64,000 bases of DNA from Spirochaetota bacterium (GCA_963664815.2 CAXXHB010000002.1:672001-736000); one strand, 5' to 3'; counted from the first letter of the stretch, positions 20,382-32,026 are shown. Numbers and translations are program-made. Notes: generated by a model not told the origin, from the sequence alone.

Positions 20382-22593
20382 AAGATATCCTCCCTTCTGA
20401 TTTTAAAATATTGATTGGAATTTTTACGCATATTGTTGTTCCGGACGGCTTATTTCTGTGAATTGAAAATGCTCCATCTATTATCTCCGCCCTGTACTTC
20501 ATTATTTTAAGTCCCATTCCTCCGCTCTTTTCATTAAGATTTTCTTTTATTTTTTTTATGCCCGAACCGTTATCCTCAATTGTGAGTATAAGACTGTCCG
20601 AAGTGCGTTTAAGAGTTATTGTAATAAGAGAACCGCCGGAATATTTCGCAGAATTAATTGTAGCCTCCTGGGCTATATAGTACAGGTTGGTTGCAAGTGT
20701 TATATCTTCAATTATTATAGATTCATCGTAGGTAAATTTGCATTCAATTCCATAGAGACTGCGGACCAGTTTAATGAGATTCATGAGCGGTGTCTGTATA
20801 CCGGAAGATTCGAGATCTATAGGGCAAAGTCCACGGGCAAGTCTGTGTGTTTTTGTAATTGCCTTGTTTATTAATGCAGTTATTTTTTCTGCATCATCCG
20901 ATTCCGGGATCTGTCTGTTTTTCAGGTTTATGAATAATACCTGAGATAGTGCTTCTATGCCGATAAGGTGAGGATTAAGATCATCGTGGAGATCTCGGCT
21001 TACCTGCTGACGTATCCGTTCAGATATAAGAATTATTTCTCTTTCAAGCTGCTTTCGTTCTGTGATATCCCTTGCAACAACAAGCATGCCGTAATTCTCA
21101 TTGTCAAGTTTGATAGGGCTTGAAATTGTTTCAAGCTGTATCATTTCACCGAGGAAATTGGAGACCTCAATACGGGTTTTATAGTTTTTAAAACTACCGT
21201 TACTTTCACCACTCAGTGCTGATGGCGTAAGGTATTCGCTGCCGGGAAATAAAATGTCAGTTACGTTTATTTTATTTTTTGATTCTTTTTTTATACCGAA
21301 TGTTTCATAACCGGAATTATTAAGATATGTAACTACACCTTTTTCATCATATACGATAATTATGTCTTTGGCATTTTCAGCAAGCAGCCTGTATTTTTCT
21401 TCACTGGCCATTAATGCGTCCTGTGCATTTTTTGTTTCTGTAACATCGTTGAAGAAAAGGAGAACAGCCGGTTTATCTCCCCACATTGTAAGGACGGAAT
21501 TGATCTGGAACCATCGTTCATTTTTTCCGGTATCGATAATTTTAACAGGGGAAATTGTATTTGATTCTGTATCGTCAAGTCTGTGGCAGTATTCATTTTT
21601 TACAATTTCAGTAAAATCGGGATGAACAAGCTTGTAGAATTTTTTATTTATAATATATTTTTCAGAGTAACCTGTGATTTCGCAAAGCATTGGATTCACA
21701 TAACGGACCATCTCATCCTGGATAATTGCTATTGCCTCTTTGGTGTTTTCAACAAGCAGCCTATAGGTTTGCTGCGCTGCGGCAAGAATTTCTTCAGCTT
21801 TTTTTATTTCGGTTAAATCAATAATAGATGCGACGTTTTTTTTTGTACCTGGAATTTTTGTAATGGTCATAAATGCATTATGATAATTTCTGAATTTATC
21901 AATGAGTCTGAATTCAAAATTTATCGGTGAATCATTATTATCTGTGTGGATATTGCGATGTGTATTCAGCATCCACAGATCGTCCGGAGAAATAAATTCA
22001 GTCCATTTCTTTTTTCCCTCAATTTCATACCGTTTGAAACCGGTTATTTTTTCGCATTCTCCATTAATGAGCGAGATTGTTTTATCCTCTTCAAGAAATA
22101 ACATGGCGGTACCGGTTGATTCAAAAATTATTTTATAATCTTTATCAGAAGATTTTATCCTTTCCTCTGTTTTCCTCCTTTTTGAGATATCCCTGATAAA
22201 TGCCTGGACACCATTCTTCCCGTTAAAATTAAAATAAGTTGAGGATATTTCAATATCAATTATATCTCCTTCAAGCGTAATTATTTTATCTTCAGTTGAT
22301 ATATAGCTTTTTCTGTTGTTGATGATCAGATTAACAGCACGTTTTAAAGATTTCTGACTTTCGGGGGGGATAAAATCCCATATAATTTTTCCAAGTATTT
22401 CATCTGCATCTGAAGCTTTCAATAATTTAAGGCCGGCATTGTTTGCAAAAATAATTTTTTCGTCAACATGAACAAATATAGCGTCGGGAGATGAAAATAC
22501 CATGTCCCGATAATTTATTACGGTAAGTTCCGAATTACTGCCTGTTATTTTTTCCGGTTTAATTTCTGATGGTAATTCTATAATCTTATCCAA
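20329..22593 (-). CDS. Cytoplasmic multi-PAS sensor histidine kinase (HisKA_3/NarX type)
   Basis: About four PAS repeats (RDIS/DVTE/RDITE), SRDLHDDL H-box, IAQEATINS, IEDNGSG and GMGLKIM. Start is TTG. Confidence 0.93.
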   Translation of the reverse strand: MDKIIELPSEIKPEKITGSNSELTVINYRDMVFSSPDAIFVHVDEKIIFANNAGLKLLKASDADEILGKIIWDFIPPESQKSLKRAVNLIINNRKSYISTEDKIITLEGDIIDIEISSTYFNFNGKNGVQAFIRDISKRRKTEERIKSSDKDYKIIFESTGTAMLFLEEDKTISLINGECEKITGFKRYEIEGKKKWTEFISPDDLWMLNTHRNIHTDNNDSPINFEFRLIDKFRNYHNAFMTITKIPGTKKNVASIIDLTEIKKAEEILAAAQQTYRLLVENTKEAIAIIQDEMVRYVNPMLCEITGYSEKYIINKKFYKLVHPDFTEIVKNEYCHRLDDTESNTISPVKIIDTGKNERWFQINSVLTMWGDKPAVLLFFNDVTETKNAQDALMASEEKYRLLAENAKDIIIVYDEKGVVTYLNNSGYETFGIKKESKNKINVTDILFPGSEYLTPSALSGESNGSFKNYKTRIEVSNFLGEMIQLETISSPIKLDNENYGMLVVARDITERKQLEREIILISERIRQQVSRDLHDDLNPHLIGIEALSQVLFINLKNRQIPESDDAEKITALINKAITKTHRLARGLCPIDLESSGIQTPLMNLIKLVRSLYGIECKFTYDESIIIEDITLATNLYYIAQEATINSAKYSGGSLITITLKRTSDSLILTIEDNGSGIKKIKENLNEKSGGMGLKIMKYRAEIIDGAFSIHRNKPSGTTICVKIPINILKSEGRISYGGRFIKGKPETADIYS

Positions 22594-23021
22594 CTGTGTT
22601 AATCCTTTAAAATGGCTGATTTTTATCAGTAATAATTACAGAACAGACAATTTAGAGTAAAAAAGAAAGATGCTGTTTCCCCGGCAAATCGCAGGACAGT
22701 AATTTATAGAATATTTTTTCATATATTTAAATAACAAATACTGTTTTTAATAGAATCTATTATATAACGAAGTATATATTAGTCAAGCTAATGTTTTATT
22801 ATTAATTAAAAGATTTAAATAAATAAAAATAATGTAAATATGGCATATTAAAAGCAAATGTTCGTAAATTCGTAGTTATATTAAGATTAAAAATAAAAAT
22901 TTTAAGTGCCTGTAAATTTAGTAGAAGAAATATAATTTTTAGTTGTCAAATTTGACATATCAAAGTATAAAAAAGTGCATGCTAATAAAATAATAACAGG
23001 CTAATGTTATAAGGAGATTTT

Positions 23022-24632
23022 ATGGATATAAAAAATCTTTATCCGGAAGATCATCAGATTCCGCAAGAGCAGAACATTGAATACATTGTACAAAAGGAGT
23101 ATCTGATTAATGGAGAACTGCAAATATGGGGGGGAGAATTCCATCAGGTACTTTCACCGGTTTATATAAAAACAAATGGCGATCTCGTACAAAAGAAGCT
23201 TGGAGAATACCCAATGCTGACTGAGAAGGAGGCGGAGGAGGCTGTCAATGCAGCGGAGAGGGCTTTTGATTCCGGACGTGGATTATGGCCTACAATGAGT
23301 GTTGCCCAGAGGATTAAGCATATGGAGAAGTTCATTATGCTTATGAAAGAGAAGAAGGATGAAGTCGTGAAGCTTATCATGTGGGAGATTGGTAAATCGT
23401 GGAAGGATTCGGTCAAGGAATTTGACAGGACAGTTCAGTATATAATTGATACAATTAATGCTGTTAAAGATCTGGACAGAAAAAGTTCAAGATTTGAAAT
23501 GGAAGAAGGAGTAATCGGGCAGATAAGACGGGCTCCGCTTGGTGTTGTGCTCTGCATGGGTCCGTTTAATTATCCTCTTAACGAAACATTTGCGACTCTT
23601 ATACCTGCCATAATTACAGGGAACACGGTTGTTTTTAAGCCGCCGAAGTTTGGAGTACTGCTTCACCGGCCTCTTCTTGAAGCTTTCAGATCTTCTTTCC
23701 CGAAAGGGGTGGTAAATACTATTTATGGTGACGGGGCAAGAATTATTCAGCCTGTAATGAATTCAGGAAAAGTAAATGTTCTTGCTTTTATCGGTACAAG
23801 CTATGTTGCGGATCTGCTGAAGAAGGCTCATCCCAAACCTCACCGGTTGCGATCAGTGCTTGGTCTGGAAGCCAAGAATACAGCAATAATACTTTCAGAT
23901 GCAATGCTTGATGTAACTATCAGTGAAGTAATTGCCGGAGCCCTCTCCTTTAACGGACAGAGGTGTACAGCACTTAAAATGATTTTTGTACACAGAAAAA
24001 TCATGCCGGAATTTATGAGAACGCTCAATGAGGCTATTGACAGGCTTAAACTTGGGATGCCCTGGGAAAAAGATGTGGATATTACACCTCTTCCAGAAGA
24101 GGGTAAATGCGAATATCTTGCCGGGCTTGTAGATGATGCCATATCGAATGGAGCTAAAGTGGTCAATAAAGATGGAGGTATTTTCTACGGGAACTTTTAC
24201 AAACCTGCGGTTGTTTTTCCAGTTACTTCAGAAATGAGACTTTATCATGAGGAGCAGTTCGGCCCGGTAATTCCAGTTGCGCCATTTGATGATATTGAAG
24301 AACCTTTAAAGTATATTATTGAATCGAACTATGGTCAGCAGGTTAGTGTCTTCGGTCAGAATCCGGACAGGATTGCAAACCTCATTGATCCGCTGGTAAA
24401 TCAGGTAGCGAGGGTTAACATTAACTGTCAGTGTCAGAGAGGGCCTGACGTATTTCCTTTTACCGGCAGAAAGGATTCTGCGGAGGGAACACTTTCAGTT
24501 TCAGATGCGCTGAGAGTTTTTTCACTAAGGTCGCTTGTTGCTGCTAAAGAAAACAGCGTGAACAAAGAGATAATCACCGATATTGTGAGAAACAATAAAT
24601 CCAATTTTTTATCGACAGATTTCATCTTTTAA
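23022..24632 (+). CDS. gapN: Non-phosphorylating NADP-dependent glyceraldehyde-3-phosphate dehydrogenase (ALDH family)
   Basis: RRAPLGVVLCMGPFNYPLNE, LGLEAKN, SFNGQRCTA, EEQFGP and QRGPDVFPFTGRKDS; AGGAG RBS. Confidence 0.9.
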   Translation: MDIKNLYPEDHQIPQEQNIEYIVQKEYLINGELQIWGGEFHQVLSPVYIKTNGDLVQKKLGEYPMLTEKEAEEAVNAAERAFDSGRGLWPTMSVAQRIKHMEKFIMLMKEKKDEVVKLIMWEIGKSWKDSVKEFDRTVQYIIDTINAVKDLDRKSSRFEMEEGVIGQIRRAPLGVVLCMGPFNYPLNETFATLIPAIITGNTVVFKPPKFGVLLHRPLLEAFRSSFPKGVVNTIYGDGARIIQPVMNSGKVNVLAFIGTSYVADLLKKAHPKPHRLRSVLGLEAKNTAIILSDAMLDVTISEVIAGALSFNGQRCTALKMIFVHRKIMPEFMRTLNEAIDRLKLGMPWEKDVDITPLPEEGKCEYLAGLVDDAISNGAKVVNKDGGIFYGNFYKPAVVFPVTSEMRLYHEEQFGPVIPVAPFDDIEEPLKYIIESNYGQQVSVFGQNPDRIANLIDPLVNQVARVNINCQCQRGPDVFPFTGRKDSAEGTLSVSDALRVFSLRSLVAAKENSVNKEIITDIVRNNKSNFLSTDFIF

Positions 24633-24693
24633 TTAAAGACGCAATGCCTTAATCCTTACGATATCGTTAATAAAGTCATGTATTCTGATATAT

Positions 24694-24724
24694 ATTCCTT
24701 CCCCTGAAGAAAGGGGAAAGGAAT
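24694..24724. terminator. Hairpin between convergent gapN and hypothetical gene
   Basis: ATTCCTTCCCCT...AGGGGAAAGGAAT. Confidence 0.55.
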
Positions 24725-24810
24725 GCTTGTTGATCTTAAAATCCTAATATATACACGAAACGGATTTAAAATAAATCTATTTTCAGGCGTTTACAAGTTT
24801 TTGATGTTTT

Positions 24811-25656
24811 CTATATAATAATATTTCTTACAGAGGGTATGGTAATACCATAGACTATTGATGTCAATCGATCAATAGTCTTAACCATTGTGCGGGCTTC
24901 TTCAAGGGGTACGAGAGGGGGCTGAATTTTTTTCATCATCATAAATTCCATATTATAAGAGCTAAGTAAGCGCGAAAATTCTTCAGATTCAGCAACCATG
25001 CTTTCGTAAAAATATTTTTTTTCCGAGATAATCTGATAAGGACTCTTTTCAGTAAAGTTAAGCAACCTGGCAGAGATATTGATCAGATAATAAAGTTCAT
25101 CATTGGAAATGTCTTTAAGTTCACGACAGTTTAGTATCAGGTCATTTATAAAAAGTGAACTCTCTGTTCCGGTTATAAATCTTTTTTTTCTGAGGCAGGC
25201 TCTTATACTTAACAAAACAGTATCTTTTTCCGGATTTTCTATGGAAGTAATGTTACAGAATGATATATCGAGGTGAAGTCGCTGGAGTATCCGCCTGTGA
25301 CAGAATAGAGAATCATTTTCTGAGAGAAAAATTTTTCTGTCAGAAAAAATCAGAAAACTTTTATCCGGAAAAGATGTGAATGTATTTTCAATGCTTGTAA
25401 TTTCGTTGAGCTTTAAACCTGATGCAGGGATCAGTGATTCTATCTCCTCTCTTAATTTAAAGTCCGGATATGAGACAAGATCGAGAATTGCACCTCCGTC
25501 ATCACCATTGTCAATTAAACATGAAATTTCATCAGCGTTTTCTGTACCATATGATGATTTTATGAAATGAAGTGTATCAATATCAGGTACAATCCCCGAG
25601 GATATATAATTCTTAATCAGAAGAGAAATTATTTCGGTATATCGTGGTTTCATCAT
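24811..25656 (-). CDS. Hypothetical protein
   Basis: 281-aa ORF whose start overlaps the upstream stop (ATGA). Confidence 0.75.
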   Translation of the reverse strand: MMKPRYTEIISLLIKNYISSGIVPDIDTLHFIKSSYGTENADEISCLIDNGDDGGAILDLVSYPDFKLREEIESLIPASGLKLNEITSIENTFTSFPDKSFLIFSDRKIFLSENDSLFCHRRILQRLHLDISFCNITSIENPEKDTVLLSIRACLRKKRFITGTESSLFINDLILNCRELKDISNDELYYLINISARLLNFTEKSPYQIISEKKYFYESMVAESEEFSRLLSSYNMEFMMMKKIQPPLVPLEEARTMVKTIDRLTSIVYGITIPSVRNIII

Positions 25657-26483
25657 AAAGTCAAAGTCATCTGAAGGTATGTAGTGGAATCAGTTTTTTT
25701 TAGGAGGGGTTTTTCCTCAAACGTTTTTTTATCGTATGTGTTGAAATCCCTCCGGTATCCGGCCCTGAATCCCAGAGCCCCTGCGAGTTTTTTGTAAAAA
25801 TATATATCCTGTATTGTCCTGTAATTATTTTTATCATTCATCGAGGGTATATAATACGCGTAATATCGTATTGTAAAATCATCATCGAAAGGGAAAAGTT
25901 CGGCTCTCCCACGGATAGACCACTTCCAATGTTTTTCAGCTGTTTGTTCTTCATACTTTTCATACTGAAGAATTGGTGCACCGCTCAGATCTATAAGTAG
26001 ATATTTGTTTCTGATAAAATAAAATTTAGCGCCCGCTCCTGTACCATTCCGATGTGAGAGCAATGTAATTTTATTATAGTCTGACATTGTGTATGAAAAG
26101 AATTCGATTCTCCAGAATAAAAAATAATCAAAATTCAGAGTTCCTGTCCCTTTGTTCTCATTGACAATACCTGCATATTTCCCGTAGGAGCCAACATAGT
26201 TCAGTTTTAACACAGTGTGATTATCATCGTACTTAATAAAACTGCTGTACATCGTGTTCAGGGAGTCTGTATTACCTTCTTTTTTTGTGTATCCCCCTGA
26301 GATGTTTAGTGACCATTTTTTTTCATCATCCCCTTTCCTGGCAGGTTTTTCGTAATTGAACAGGTCAGTAAGTTTAAATGAATCTTTATCTTCACTGGTG
26401 GTTTCTGTATCTGCAAAGAGTGCAACGTTTAACAATGTCAGTAAAAACAGAGTTATAATATAAAATTTTCCAAAAAAATTCAT
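25653..26483 (-). CDS. DUF481/YdiY-like outer-membrane beta-barrel protein
   Basis: Signal peptide, WSLNISGGYTKKEGNT, GAGAKFYF and alternating amphipathic strands. Confidence 0.8.
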   Translation of the reverse strand: MNFFGKFYIITLFLLTLLNVALFADTETTSEDKDSFKLTDLFNYEKPARKGDDEKKWSLNISGGYTKKEGNTDSLNTMYSSFIKYDDNHTVLKLNYVGSYGKYAGIVNENKGTGTLNFDYFLFWRIEFFSYTMSDYNKITLLSHRNGTGAGAKFYFIRNKYLLIDLSGAPILQYEKYEEQTAEKHWKWSIRGRAELFPFDDDFTIRYYAYYIPSMNDKNNYRTIQDIYFYKKLAGALGFRAGYRRDFNTYDKKTFEEKPLLKKTDSTTYLQMTLTL

Positions 26484-26791
26484 AAGAATATATCCCCTGT
26501 AAATATAATTGTATGTTTTGTATGTTTGTTTTTTGCAGCCTTATTTGCTCTATTATCTCAGCTGATGGATATAATATAATAAATATCAGAATATTTGTTG
26601 AAACAGTTCAACTAAATTTTCCGTTTTTATATTTTTTACTAAATAATATTTATATTTCTCATTGTATAATGAAATTACCGGAATTTAACACGTATTAGTT
26701 TTATCAATTGTAAAAAATCAAAATTTATTGACACTGAATTAAACGGTTCATTAATGAGATAAAAACGAAAAAATCAAACCGGAGTTATAGA

Positions 26792-29437
26792 ATGGAACTT
26801 TCCCCCTCTTATGAACCAAAAAAGGCTGAAGAAAAATGGTATGAGTACTGGGAAAAAAATGGTTATTTTCATGCCGATGTGAATGACGGCAAAGAACCTT
26901 TTTCAATAGTAATACCACCCCCTAATGTAACGGGGAACCTTCATATGGGGCATGCGCTTAATAATACTCTCCAGGATATACTTGCCAGATGGCAGAGAAT
27001 GAAGGGGAAATCAGTTTTATGGATGCCTGGAACAGACCATGCGGGGATTGCAACACAGAATGTTGTTGAAAGACTACTTGCCTCTGAGGGTAAGACAAAA
27101 CACGATTTGGGACGTGAAGAGTTTGAGAAGAGAGTATGGAAGTGGAAGGAACACTCGGGAAACCAGATTCAGGGGCAGCTTCGGAGGCTTGGAAGTTCTC
27201 TTGACTGGCAAAGGGAGAGGTTTACACTTGATGCCGGTCTGTCAAAGGCAGTAAGGAAAGTTTTTGTTACCTTGTATGATGAAGGCCTTATATATCAGGG
27301 ATACAGAATAATCAACTGGTGTTCAAGATGCGAAACGGCGCTTTCTGACATTGAAACAGATTTCAAGGAACTTGACGGGAATCTCTGGTATATAAAGTAT
27401 CCGGTTAAGGGTAGCCTTGAATATATTGTGGTAGCCACAACACGGCCGGAAACAATGCTCGGCGACACAGGGGTCGCGGTGAATCCGGAGGATGGCAGAC
27501 ACAATCATCTCATAGGGAAAACGGCAGTTCTCCCTTTAATGAACAGGGAGATTCCAATCTTTGGTGACAATTATGTAGACATGGAGTTCGGAACAGGTTT
27601 TGTAAAGGTGACACCTGCTCATGATCCAAATGACTTTGAGATGGGGAAGAGACACAACCTTGAAGAGATTATAATAATGGATGAACACGCCGTTATAAAT
27701 AAAAACGGTGGAAAATACAGCGGATTGGACAGATATGAAGCCCGGAAGAAGATTGTTGCTGACCTTGAAAATATGGGACTTCTTGTTAAAGCGGATAAGC
27801 ATGTCCATTCAGTGGGACACTGTTACAGGTGCGGGACTGTTATTGAACCATATCTCTCAAAGCAATGGTTTGTTAAAATCAAACCGCTGGCAGATGATGC
27901 CATTAAGGTTGTAGAGGAAGGAAAAATAAAATTTGTTCCGAAAAACTGGGAAAAAACGTATTTTGAATGGATGTATAATATAAGGGATTGGTGTATTTCA
28001 CGGCAGCTCTGGTGGGGACACAGGATTCCCGCATTTTACTGTGATGACTGCGGACATATTACGGTTACAATGGAAGATCCAGAAAAGTGTTCCAAATGTG
28101 GATCTGCAAAAATCCGGCAGGATGAAGATGTTCTTGATACATGGTTTTCTTCTGCATTATGGCCTTTCTCCACAATGGGATGGCCTGATAACACCCCCGA
28201 GCTTAAAAAGTATTATCCCACAAGTGTTCTTGTTACAGGTTTCGATATAATATTTTTCTGGGTTGCCAGGATGATAATGACTGGTGTGAAGTTCATGAAG
28301 GATATGCCTTTTCTTGACGTTTATATTCACGCACTGGTAAGAGATGAACATGGACAAAAGATGAGCAAATCAAAGGGAAATGTTATTGATCCGCTTGTAG
28401 TGATGGACCAATATGGAACAGATGCTTTCAGGTTTACCCTTGCTGCGTTCGCGGCACAGGGGAGAGATATTATCCTTTCGGAGAAGAGAATTGAAGGGTA
28501 TAGTTCTTTTTGTAACAAGATCTGGAATGCTACAAGGTTCATTCTTATGAATCTAGGAGATGATTTCAAACCGGAAAGAATCGATTCAGTCAAGCTTGAA
28601 GATTTTGATAAATGGATACTTCATTCTCTGAATGATACGATTAAAAATGTATCAGAATCGCTGGAACAGTACAGATTTAATGAAGCTGCAAATTTCCTCT
28701 ATGAATTCCTGTGGGGTGAGTTCTGTGACTGGTATCTTGAACTTGTTAAGCAGAGGTTATATGCAAAAGTAAACATCTCTGAAGAGTCTTCCCGCTCTGC
28801 AAAACAGGTGTTATATTATACACTCAAACAATCACTTCTTCTTATGCATCCTTTTATGCCTTTTATTACAGAGGAGATATGGAGCAGGATTAAAACAGAT
28901 GGGGAATCTGATATAATAATTTCACCATGGCCTTGTTTCAGTAATGAAATGATTTTTCAAGAAAATTCAAATTATACTGTCATTTTTAAAGAAATTATAT
29001 ACAAAATAAGAAATGTCAGAGGTGAGATGAATATTCCTCCTGACAAAAAGGGATCTGTCATCTTTAAAACAGAAGATAAAATGTTGCTGCGTATTATAGC
29101 GACTGAATCAGTTCATATACAGGCTCTTGCGAAGGTTGAAAGCATAACTGTTGATCCGTTCTATAAACCTGATAAGACTGATGCATCAGCTGTAATGCCG
29201 AATCTTGAGATATTCATGCCGCTCAGTGGCCTGATAGATATTGAAAAGGAAACAGCTAGACTTGAGAGAGAAATTTCAAAAATAAGAATTGACCTTGAAA
29301 AGGTTGTTGCTAAATTATCAAGTGAGAGTTTTACTGGGAAAGCGCCTCTTGAAATCATTGAGAAAGAGAGAGGTAAAGAGAGAGAATACAGGGAAATTCT
29401 TGGTAAACTTGAAGAGAGTCTCTGTAAGATAAAATAA
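26792..29437 (+). CDS. valS: Valine--tRNA ligase
   Basis: PPPNVTGNLHMGH, WCISRQLWWGH, KMSKS and a C-terminal coiled coil. Confidence 0.99.
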   Translation: MELSPSYEPKKAEEKWYEYWEKNGYFHADVNDGKEPFSIVIPPPNVTGNLHMGHALNNTLQDILARWQRMKGKSVLWMPGTDHAGIATQNVVERLLASEGKTKHDLGREEFEKRVWKWKEHSGNQIQGQLRRLGSSLDWQRERFTLDAGLSKAVRKVFVTLYDEGLIYQGYRIINWCSRCETALSDIETDFKELDGNLWYIKYPVKGSLEYIVVATTRPETMLGDTGVAVNPEDGRHNHLIGKTAVLPLMNREIPIFGDNYVDMEFGTGFVKVTPAHDPNDFEMGKRHNLEEIIIMDEHAVINKNGGKYSGLDRYEARKKIVADLENMGLLVKADKHVHSVGHCYRCGTVIEPYLSKQWFVKIKPLADDAIKVVEEGKIKFVPKNWEKTYFEWMYNIRDWCISRQLWWGHRIPAFYCDDCGHITVTMEDPEKCSKCGSAKIRQDEDVLDTWFSSALWPFSTMGWPDNTPELKKYYPTSVLVTGFDIIFFWVARMIMTGVKFMKDMPFLDVYIHALVRDEHGQKMSKSKGNVIDPLVVMDQYGTDAFRFTLAAFAAQGRDIILSEKRIEGYSSFCNKIWNATRFILMNLGDDFKPERIDSVKLEDFDKWILHSLNDTIKNVSESLEQYRFNEAANFLYEFLWGEFCDWYLELVKQRLYAKVNISEESSRSAKQVLYYTLKQSLLLMHPFMPFITEEIWSRIKTDGESDIIISPWPCFSNEMIFQENSNYTVIFKEIIYKIRNVRGEMNIPPDKKGSVIFKTEDKMLLRIIATESVHIQALAKVESITVDPFYKPDKTDASAVMPNLEIFMPLSGLIDIEKETARLEREISKIRIDLEKVVAKLSSESFTGKAPLEIIEKERGKEREYREILGKLEESLCKIK

Positions 29438-29471
29438 ACAGACTTTAAAACGGTTAAATGAGAGGATTAAA

Positions 29472-30209
29472 ATGAATAAGAGACATTTTTATCTGGCAGC
29501 AGTTGCAATAGTTATTCTGGTATCGCCTGTACTTCCGCTGGAAATGGAAGATCTTCTGACAAAAAAACTGACCGAAGACAGAATGAAATATTTCCCCGTC
29601 CCGGAGGGTAATATTAATTATGTTTTTCTGCAGTCAATTGAAAATGATACAACAATTGTTATTGGGGATTTCTCCGGTCTTGATAAAAAGATAATTATGA
29701 TTACTGACAAAAATGGTGATAATACTATTGATTCAGTTATTGAATATTATCCTTTAACAAAAGATCTTAAAAAAAGAAATGAAACTCAGTCAAAATTTTT
29801 CAATAAAGATATAGCAAAACTGAAAAGGGATATTATCGATGGAACGATTTATAAAGGAAACTATACTGACAACATGAAGTCCCTGAAAACACTGGAAAGC
29901 ATTTTAAATAATCCTGATACTAATTCGTTTTCAGCCGAGATATATGGATTCAATATAAGGTTTTTTGAAACAGATGAAAGGCAGAGACATTCGGCTCTTT
30001 TTGCATATGGAAAGAATGCAGGGGGATATTATCTCCAGTTTAAAACAGAGTATTACCGAAAAGATTTTAAGACCGAACAGAAACCTGTGTTAAAATATTC
30101 TGTATACTGCAAGGATACAAATGATCCTGTTGTCAAGGAGACTGTTGAAAACCTTTTCAAGATAAGACAGCCCGGGGTTAATTCTGTAAAAGGAGTAAGT
30201 ACAAAATAA
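29472..30209 (+). CDS. Exported hypothetical protein
   Basis: GAGG RBS, signal-like N-terminus and DKNGDNTID motif. Confidence 0.78.
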   Translation: MNKRHFYLAAVAIVILVSPVLPLEMEDLLTKKLTEDRMKYFPVPEGNINYVFLQSIENDTTIVIGDFSGLDKKIIMITDKNGDNTIDSVIEYYPLTKDLKKRNETQSKFFNKDIAKLKRDIIDGTIYKGNYTDNMKSLKTLESILNNPDTNSFSAEIYGFNIRFFETDERQRHSALFAYGKNAGGYYLQFKTEYYRKDFKTEQKPVLKYSVYCKDTNDPVVKETVENLFKIRQPGVNSVKGVSTK

Positions 30210-30236
30210 AATAAATATATAATAAATCTCTTTTTT

Positions 30237-30280
30237 ATTGCTGGTTTCTCAAATCATTAAAGATTCCGGAAACCAGCAAT
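30237..30280. terminator. Hairpin between convergent genes
   Basis: ATTGCTGGTTTC...GAAACCAGCAAT, a 12-bp perfect stem. Confidence 0.6.
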
Positions 30281-30315
30281 TTATCAGTTTATTTGAAATG
30301 AACTTTTTATATCTT

Positions 30316-31527
30316 TCAAATCATCGCTTTCAGTCTTCTGTCTATTTCTTGGAGAAAATCTTCGGTATTAACGGTTTTAATATCTCTATCTTCGCATAAC
30401 ATCGCAAGGTCTTTTGTCATTACACCCTCTTCAATTGTCTGAATTGAAGCTTTATCAAGTTTGTCAGCAAATACAACAAGTTCCGGTAGATTGTCAAGTT
30501 CCCCCCTTTTCCTGAGTGCACCAGACCATGCAAATATCGTAGCCATGGAATTAGTTGAAGTTTCTTCTCCCTTGAGATGTTTGTAATAATGTCTTTGAAC
30601 TGTGCCATGAGCAGCTTCATATTCAAAATAACCTTCGGGTGATACAAGAACTGAAGTCATCATGGCCAGACTGCCGAATATCGTAGCTACCATATCTGAC
30701 ATTACATCACCGTCGTAGTTTTTACATGCCCAGATGTACCCCCCTTCGGAACGTACAACACGCGCAACAGCATCATCTATCAAAGTATAGAAGTATTCTA
30801 TTTTCAGGTTTTCAAACTTATCTTTATATTCTGCATTGTAAAGATCCTGAAAAATATCCTTGAACCTGTGGTCGTATTTTTTTGAGATTGTATCTTTAGT
30901 GGCAAACCAGAGATCCTGTTTCTGGTCAATGGCATAGTTAAAGCATGATCTGGCAAAACTTGTTATAGAGCTGTCAATATTATGCATTCCCATAATTACG
31001 CCAGGTCCGTCGAATTCATGAATAGTTTCCTTTGAAACACTACCGTTTGCTGAAGTGAAAACAAGTTCGGCTTTTCCTTTTCCCGGAACACGATATTCAA
31101 CATTTTTATAAACATCACCATACGCATGACGTGCTATTGTAATAGGTTTCTTCCATGCCGGTATAGATGGTCTAATTCTGTTGACGGTGATAGGAGTTCT
31201 GAAAACGGTTCCATCAAGAATGGCCCTTATTGTGCCATTGGGGCTTTTCCACATCTCTTTAAGGTTGTATTCTTTGACTCTCTCCGCATTTGCTGTAATT
31301 GTTGCGCATTTTACGGCAACACCATATTTTTTTGTAGCATTAGCCGAATCAATTGTAACCTGATCATTGGTTTTGTCCCTGTACTCAAGTCCGAGATCGT
31401 AGTACTCGGCTTTAAGATCGATGTATGGCATAAGCAGTATATCCTTAATCATCTTCCAGATAATTCTGGTCATCTCATCACCGTCCATTTCAACAAGAGG
31501 GGTTTTCATCTGTATTTTTCCGCTCAT
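30316..31527 (-). CDS. icd: NADP-dependent isocitrate dehydrogenase (type II, ~400 aa)
   Basis: [33 protein letters not shown] and EAAHGTV. Confidence 0.98.
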   Translation of the reverse strand: MSGKIQMKTPLVEMDGDEMTRIIWKMIKDILLMPYIDLKAEYYDLGLEYRDKTNDQVTIDSANATKKYGVAVKCATITANAERVKEYNLKEMWKSPNGTIRAILDGTVFRTPITVNRIRPSIPAWKKPITIARHAYGDVYKNVEYRVPGKGKAELVFTSANGSVSKETIHEFDGPGVIMGMHNIDSSITSFARSCFNYAIDQKQDLWFATKDTISKKYDHRFKDIFQDLYNAEYKDKFENLKIEYFYTLIDDAVARVVRSEGGYIWACKNYDGDVMSDMVATIFGSLAMMTSVLVSPEGYFEYEAAHGTVQRHYYKHLKGEETSTNSMATIFAWSGALRKRGELDNLPELVVFADKLDKASIQTIEEGVMTKDLAMLCEDRDIKTVNTEDFLQEIDRRLKAMI

Positions 31528-31616
31528 CTGATTCTCCTATTTATAATATAAAAAAGTCTATTAATTGATATCAGTTCTTCCTGAATTTATGTTTTTTTAA
31601 ATGTTAAACCACGAAT

Positions 31617-31634
31617 TGACTGATAAGTCAGCTA
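31617..31634. promoter_or_regulatory. Putative TetR/FadR-type operator, copy 2 (upstream of icd)
   Basis: TGACTGA-TAAG-TCAGCTA. Confidence 0.4.
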
Positions 31635-32026
31635 TATGCAATTATAACAAATGCTTCTGTATTGTGCGGCAGTTTTCAAAACAGAAGAATGTTATACTGA
31701 ATCCCACAAATAAATTAGATAATAATACTGATCATTTCAAACATATAATTAAATGTATATTAGTTTTGTGCGATTTTGAATCAATAAAAATGGAATACCA
31801 AATAGGGTAAAATGAGTATTCACTTATAACACTTAGTATAGAAACATACATTTGATATACAGGAATTTCTGTAAATCAATAACTTCAGTTTTTATAATTA
31901 ATTATTATTTTTTTTAAATAATGATTAAAACTGTTTTTTATTGTCTGAGTTGCCATGTTTACAAGATTAACATTTTACAGGGTAAACATGATTTCTTTTC
32001 GCATGTACATTTTTGCTTTAAATTAT

